A DNA stretch of 38,280 nt from a virus. Taxonomy: Duplodnaviria; Caudoviricetes. A program made the position numbers and the translations under genes. The notes beneath the pieces are model-generated. The model saw only the letters and a list, made by a program, of their open reading frames with translations, ran no database searches and was not told where the DNA came from. Numbering within the stretch: position 1 is the stretch's first letter; every line of letters starts with the position of its first letter. Below are positions 36,691-38,280 of this stretch, one piece after another. The DNA lies in the IMG/VR virus record IMGVR_UViG_3300030095_002183, positions 1 to 38,280 of that record, one strand, 5' to 3'.

Positions 36691-36749
36691 CAGTAAATCC
36701 TAAGAGGGTTTTTCTTTTTCTTCTTTTTCTTTCTTTTAGGATAATACAC
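36690..36749 (-). CDS. 19-aa poly-Lys micro-ORF
   Basis: Its GTG overlaps the endolysin TAG and its TGA overlaps the next ATG: MYYPKRKKKKKKKNPLRIY. Confidence 0.5.
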   Translation of the reverse strand: MYYPKRKKKKKKKNPLRIY

Positions 36750-37135
36750 TAGTAACTCCAGATCCAAGGACGAGGTTTGCTCATGTTAGGTATCAGCATA
36801 TCCAAATGGATAAATCTTTTACTATGATCACCTTTTTGTGATACACCAATCCCTGTCATCCCATGTTTTAAACCTAGTTCAATTAATTTAAGTGCATCCC
36901 CTCCACTACATACTATATCTACTGCTCTGCCAGTAGTATGAGGACCAGTTAAACCAGAACTAGATATTTGGTCATTATATTCAGGACAACGATAACCACT
37001 AGAAACAACCATAGGTTTATCTAAGTCAACTCTAACCATTTCTAGTGCTTCCATAAACTCTGGGACCATCTTACAGTCACCAGAGCTTTTACATTTCATT
37101 TCATTCTCTGAGAAATGATCTGTGATCATCCCCAT
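36749..37135 (-). CDS. endolysin, peptidase M15 family
   Basis: HFSENEMKC, SSGYRCPEYN, H..GRAVDI, GIGV, FIHLD. Confidence 0.9.
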   Translation of the reverse strand: MGMITDHFSENEMKCKSSGDCKMVPEFMEALEMVRVDLDKPMVVSSGYRCPEYNDQISSSGLTGPHTTGRAVDIVCSGGDALKLIELGLKHGMTGIGVSQKGDHSKRFIHLDMLIPNMSKPRPWIWSY

Positions 37136-37317
37136 ATTAGATCCTTTAGGGATTTATGTGCATTATCTTTCATTGCTTCTACTTTTTTATCTATAGCTTG
37201 TACGTCTTTTGAAGACATCGTTTGATTCATTATATTCTCTGCTTGATTAGCAGTTAATTCAGTAAATTTTGATGCAATCATATTTTTAACAAAGTTAAGC
37301 AGGATCGTTTCCATCAC
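37126..37317 (-). CDS. hypothetical protein (lysis cluster)
   Basis: ORF track; overlaps both neighbours. Confidence 0.55.
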   Translation of the reverse strand: MMETILLNFVKNMIASKFTELTANQAENIMNQTMSSKDVQAIDKKVEAMKDNAHKSLKDLIWG

Positions 37318-37633
37318 TTCCTTCCTTGGGGGGTTGCGGTGACTTGTCTTCAGACATTAAATCAGAGTCACCATTAAAATAAAATGTAGCTATGCCACTA
37401 ATTACACTAATAAAACTACCTATAAGTATGTTAAGTAGATCACGACTTGATTGTGCCATTTCATTGTCTGCAATTAACATCATGTGAACAATGTAAAGAA
37501 AAATACCAAATGCAAAGAATGAAATTACCAATCTTCCATAAAAACGAGCAACAGTAATCTGTTCATTAACACTCATCTTCTTAGGAGGATTAGGATTACC
37601 TTTTACAGTTTTCTTTTCTATTATTTCTTCCAT
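37295..37633 (-). CDS. holin-like membrane protein (2 TM)
   Basis: Two hydrophobic helices; LLNILIGSF...IATFYF; upstream of the endolysin. Confidence 0.6.
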   Translation of the reverse strand: MEEIIEKKTVKGNPNPPKKMSVNEQITVARFYGRLVISFFAFGIFLYIVHMMLIADNEMAQSSRDLLNILIGSFISVISGIATFYFNGDSDLMSEDKSPQPPKEGSDGNDPA

Positions 37634-37634
37634 T

Positions 37635-37826
37635 TTAGTTTACTTTTGCTTCTGTTTTTAATTCTAGATCGTCTATTTGATCCGCTATATCCCTAATTAT
37701 CTTTATAGCATTAAACCAATGTGAGGTTTTACTGGTTTGCTTATAATTAGCGATTTCTTCTGCAAATAGATTAAATTTGATTTCAATAGAAGAAGTTAAT
37801 TCCTCTGGGGTAGGATCTGGGATCAC
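37635..37826 (-). CDS. hypothetical protein
   Basis: ORF track. Confidence 0.5.
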   Translation of the reverse strand: MIPDPTPEELTSSIEIKFNLFAEEIANYKQTSKTSHWFNAIKIIRDIADQIDDLELKTEAKVN

Positions 37827-38149
37827 TTAGATTTAAGAGTGAGTTCTCTCATTGCTTGCGTATTCTGTTCTAGTGCAATTTTCATTGACATAATAGCATC
37901 AGAAGACTTTTCTACTAGTTGCATTATTTTAGCATCATTTTCAGCATCTTTAGCCCAAAATTGCTCACGTTCTTTCTTAGATTGATCCGTTGTATATTTA
38001 ATAAACCAAAAACTAGCTATAATTACACAAGCTGGTATACCTAGTTCCATTATAACATTACTTAAAGCATTTATTTCTGGCATAACTTCTACTGCTGGTT
38101 GGTAAGTATAATATTGCTGATCTGCTGGGTTTAGATGATGTCCACTCAT
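37823..38149 (-). CDS. holin-like protein (1 TM plus coiled coil)
   Basis: ELGIPACVIIASFWFIKY followed by a coiled coil; BhlA/UviB-like layout. Confidence 0.55.
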   Translation of the reverse strand: MSGHHLNPADQQYYTYQPAVEVMPEINALSNVIMELGIPACVIIASFWFIKYTTDQSKKEREQFWAKDAENDAKIMQLVEKSSDAIMSMKIALEQNTQAMRELTLKSK

Positions 38150-38280
38150 GGTTTAGGATACTTGTCTTTTACTGCTTTAATCTTAGCTTTCCACCCATCT
38201 ATATTGTGGTAAATCTGATCTAGCTGTTCTGGGATTGGGTCAAAGGCTAATGCTCGATCTCGTTGGTATTGTTTTGCTTC
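38146..38280 (-). CDS. 3' fragment of a tail-fibre chaperone-like protein
   Basis: EAKQYQRDRALAFDPIPEQLDQIYHNIDGWKAKIKAVKDKYPKP*; a motif that typically follows fibre genes. Confidence 0.65.
   Translation of the reverse strand, partial: EAKQYQRDRALAFDPIPEQLDQIYHNIDGWKAKIKAVKDKYPKP

Overview
Near-complete genome of a T7-like podovirus (Autographiviridae-like, probably marine, host unknown). It is AT-rich and essentially all genes are on the minus strand. The window is circularly permuted: it opens and closes inside the tail-fibre region, and the likely physical ends or terminal repeat lie in the non-coding gap at ~32,990-33,690. Transcription order from that gap: early accessory genes (DUF932-like, Gp88-like, a short tyrosine recombinase, RHH protein, SutA-like and Zn-finger proteins), single-subunit RNA polymerase, SSB, endonuclease I, gp3.5-like amidase, primase-helicase, family A DNA polymerase, exonuclease, portal, scaffold, major capsid, tail tubes A/B, internal virion proteins, split tail-fibre modules, holin-like genes, M15 endolysin, small basic proteins, TerS and TerL. 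Most notable: (1) terL lacks a canonical start at its homologous N-terminus; a 422-bp insert encoding an ADP-ribosyltransferase-fold-like ORF is bounded by a 7-bp direct repeat, and deleting it restores an in-frame TerL start; (2) seven early-region genes are preceded by a conserved CTCTCTAATTCTC motif, mostly just after a hairpin; (3) co-oriented AGTTTTCGGG repeats cluster around the catalytic-domain-only recombinase; (4) the T7-lysozyme homologue has lost all its catalytic residues; (5) several small basic proteins share an L[KR]I-type C-terminal motif. All family calls come from motif recognition by eye, with no database search.
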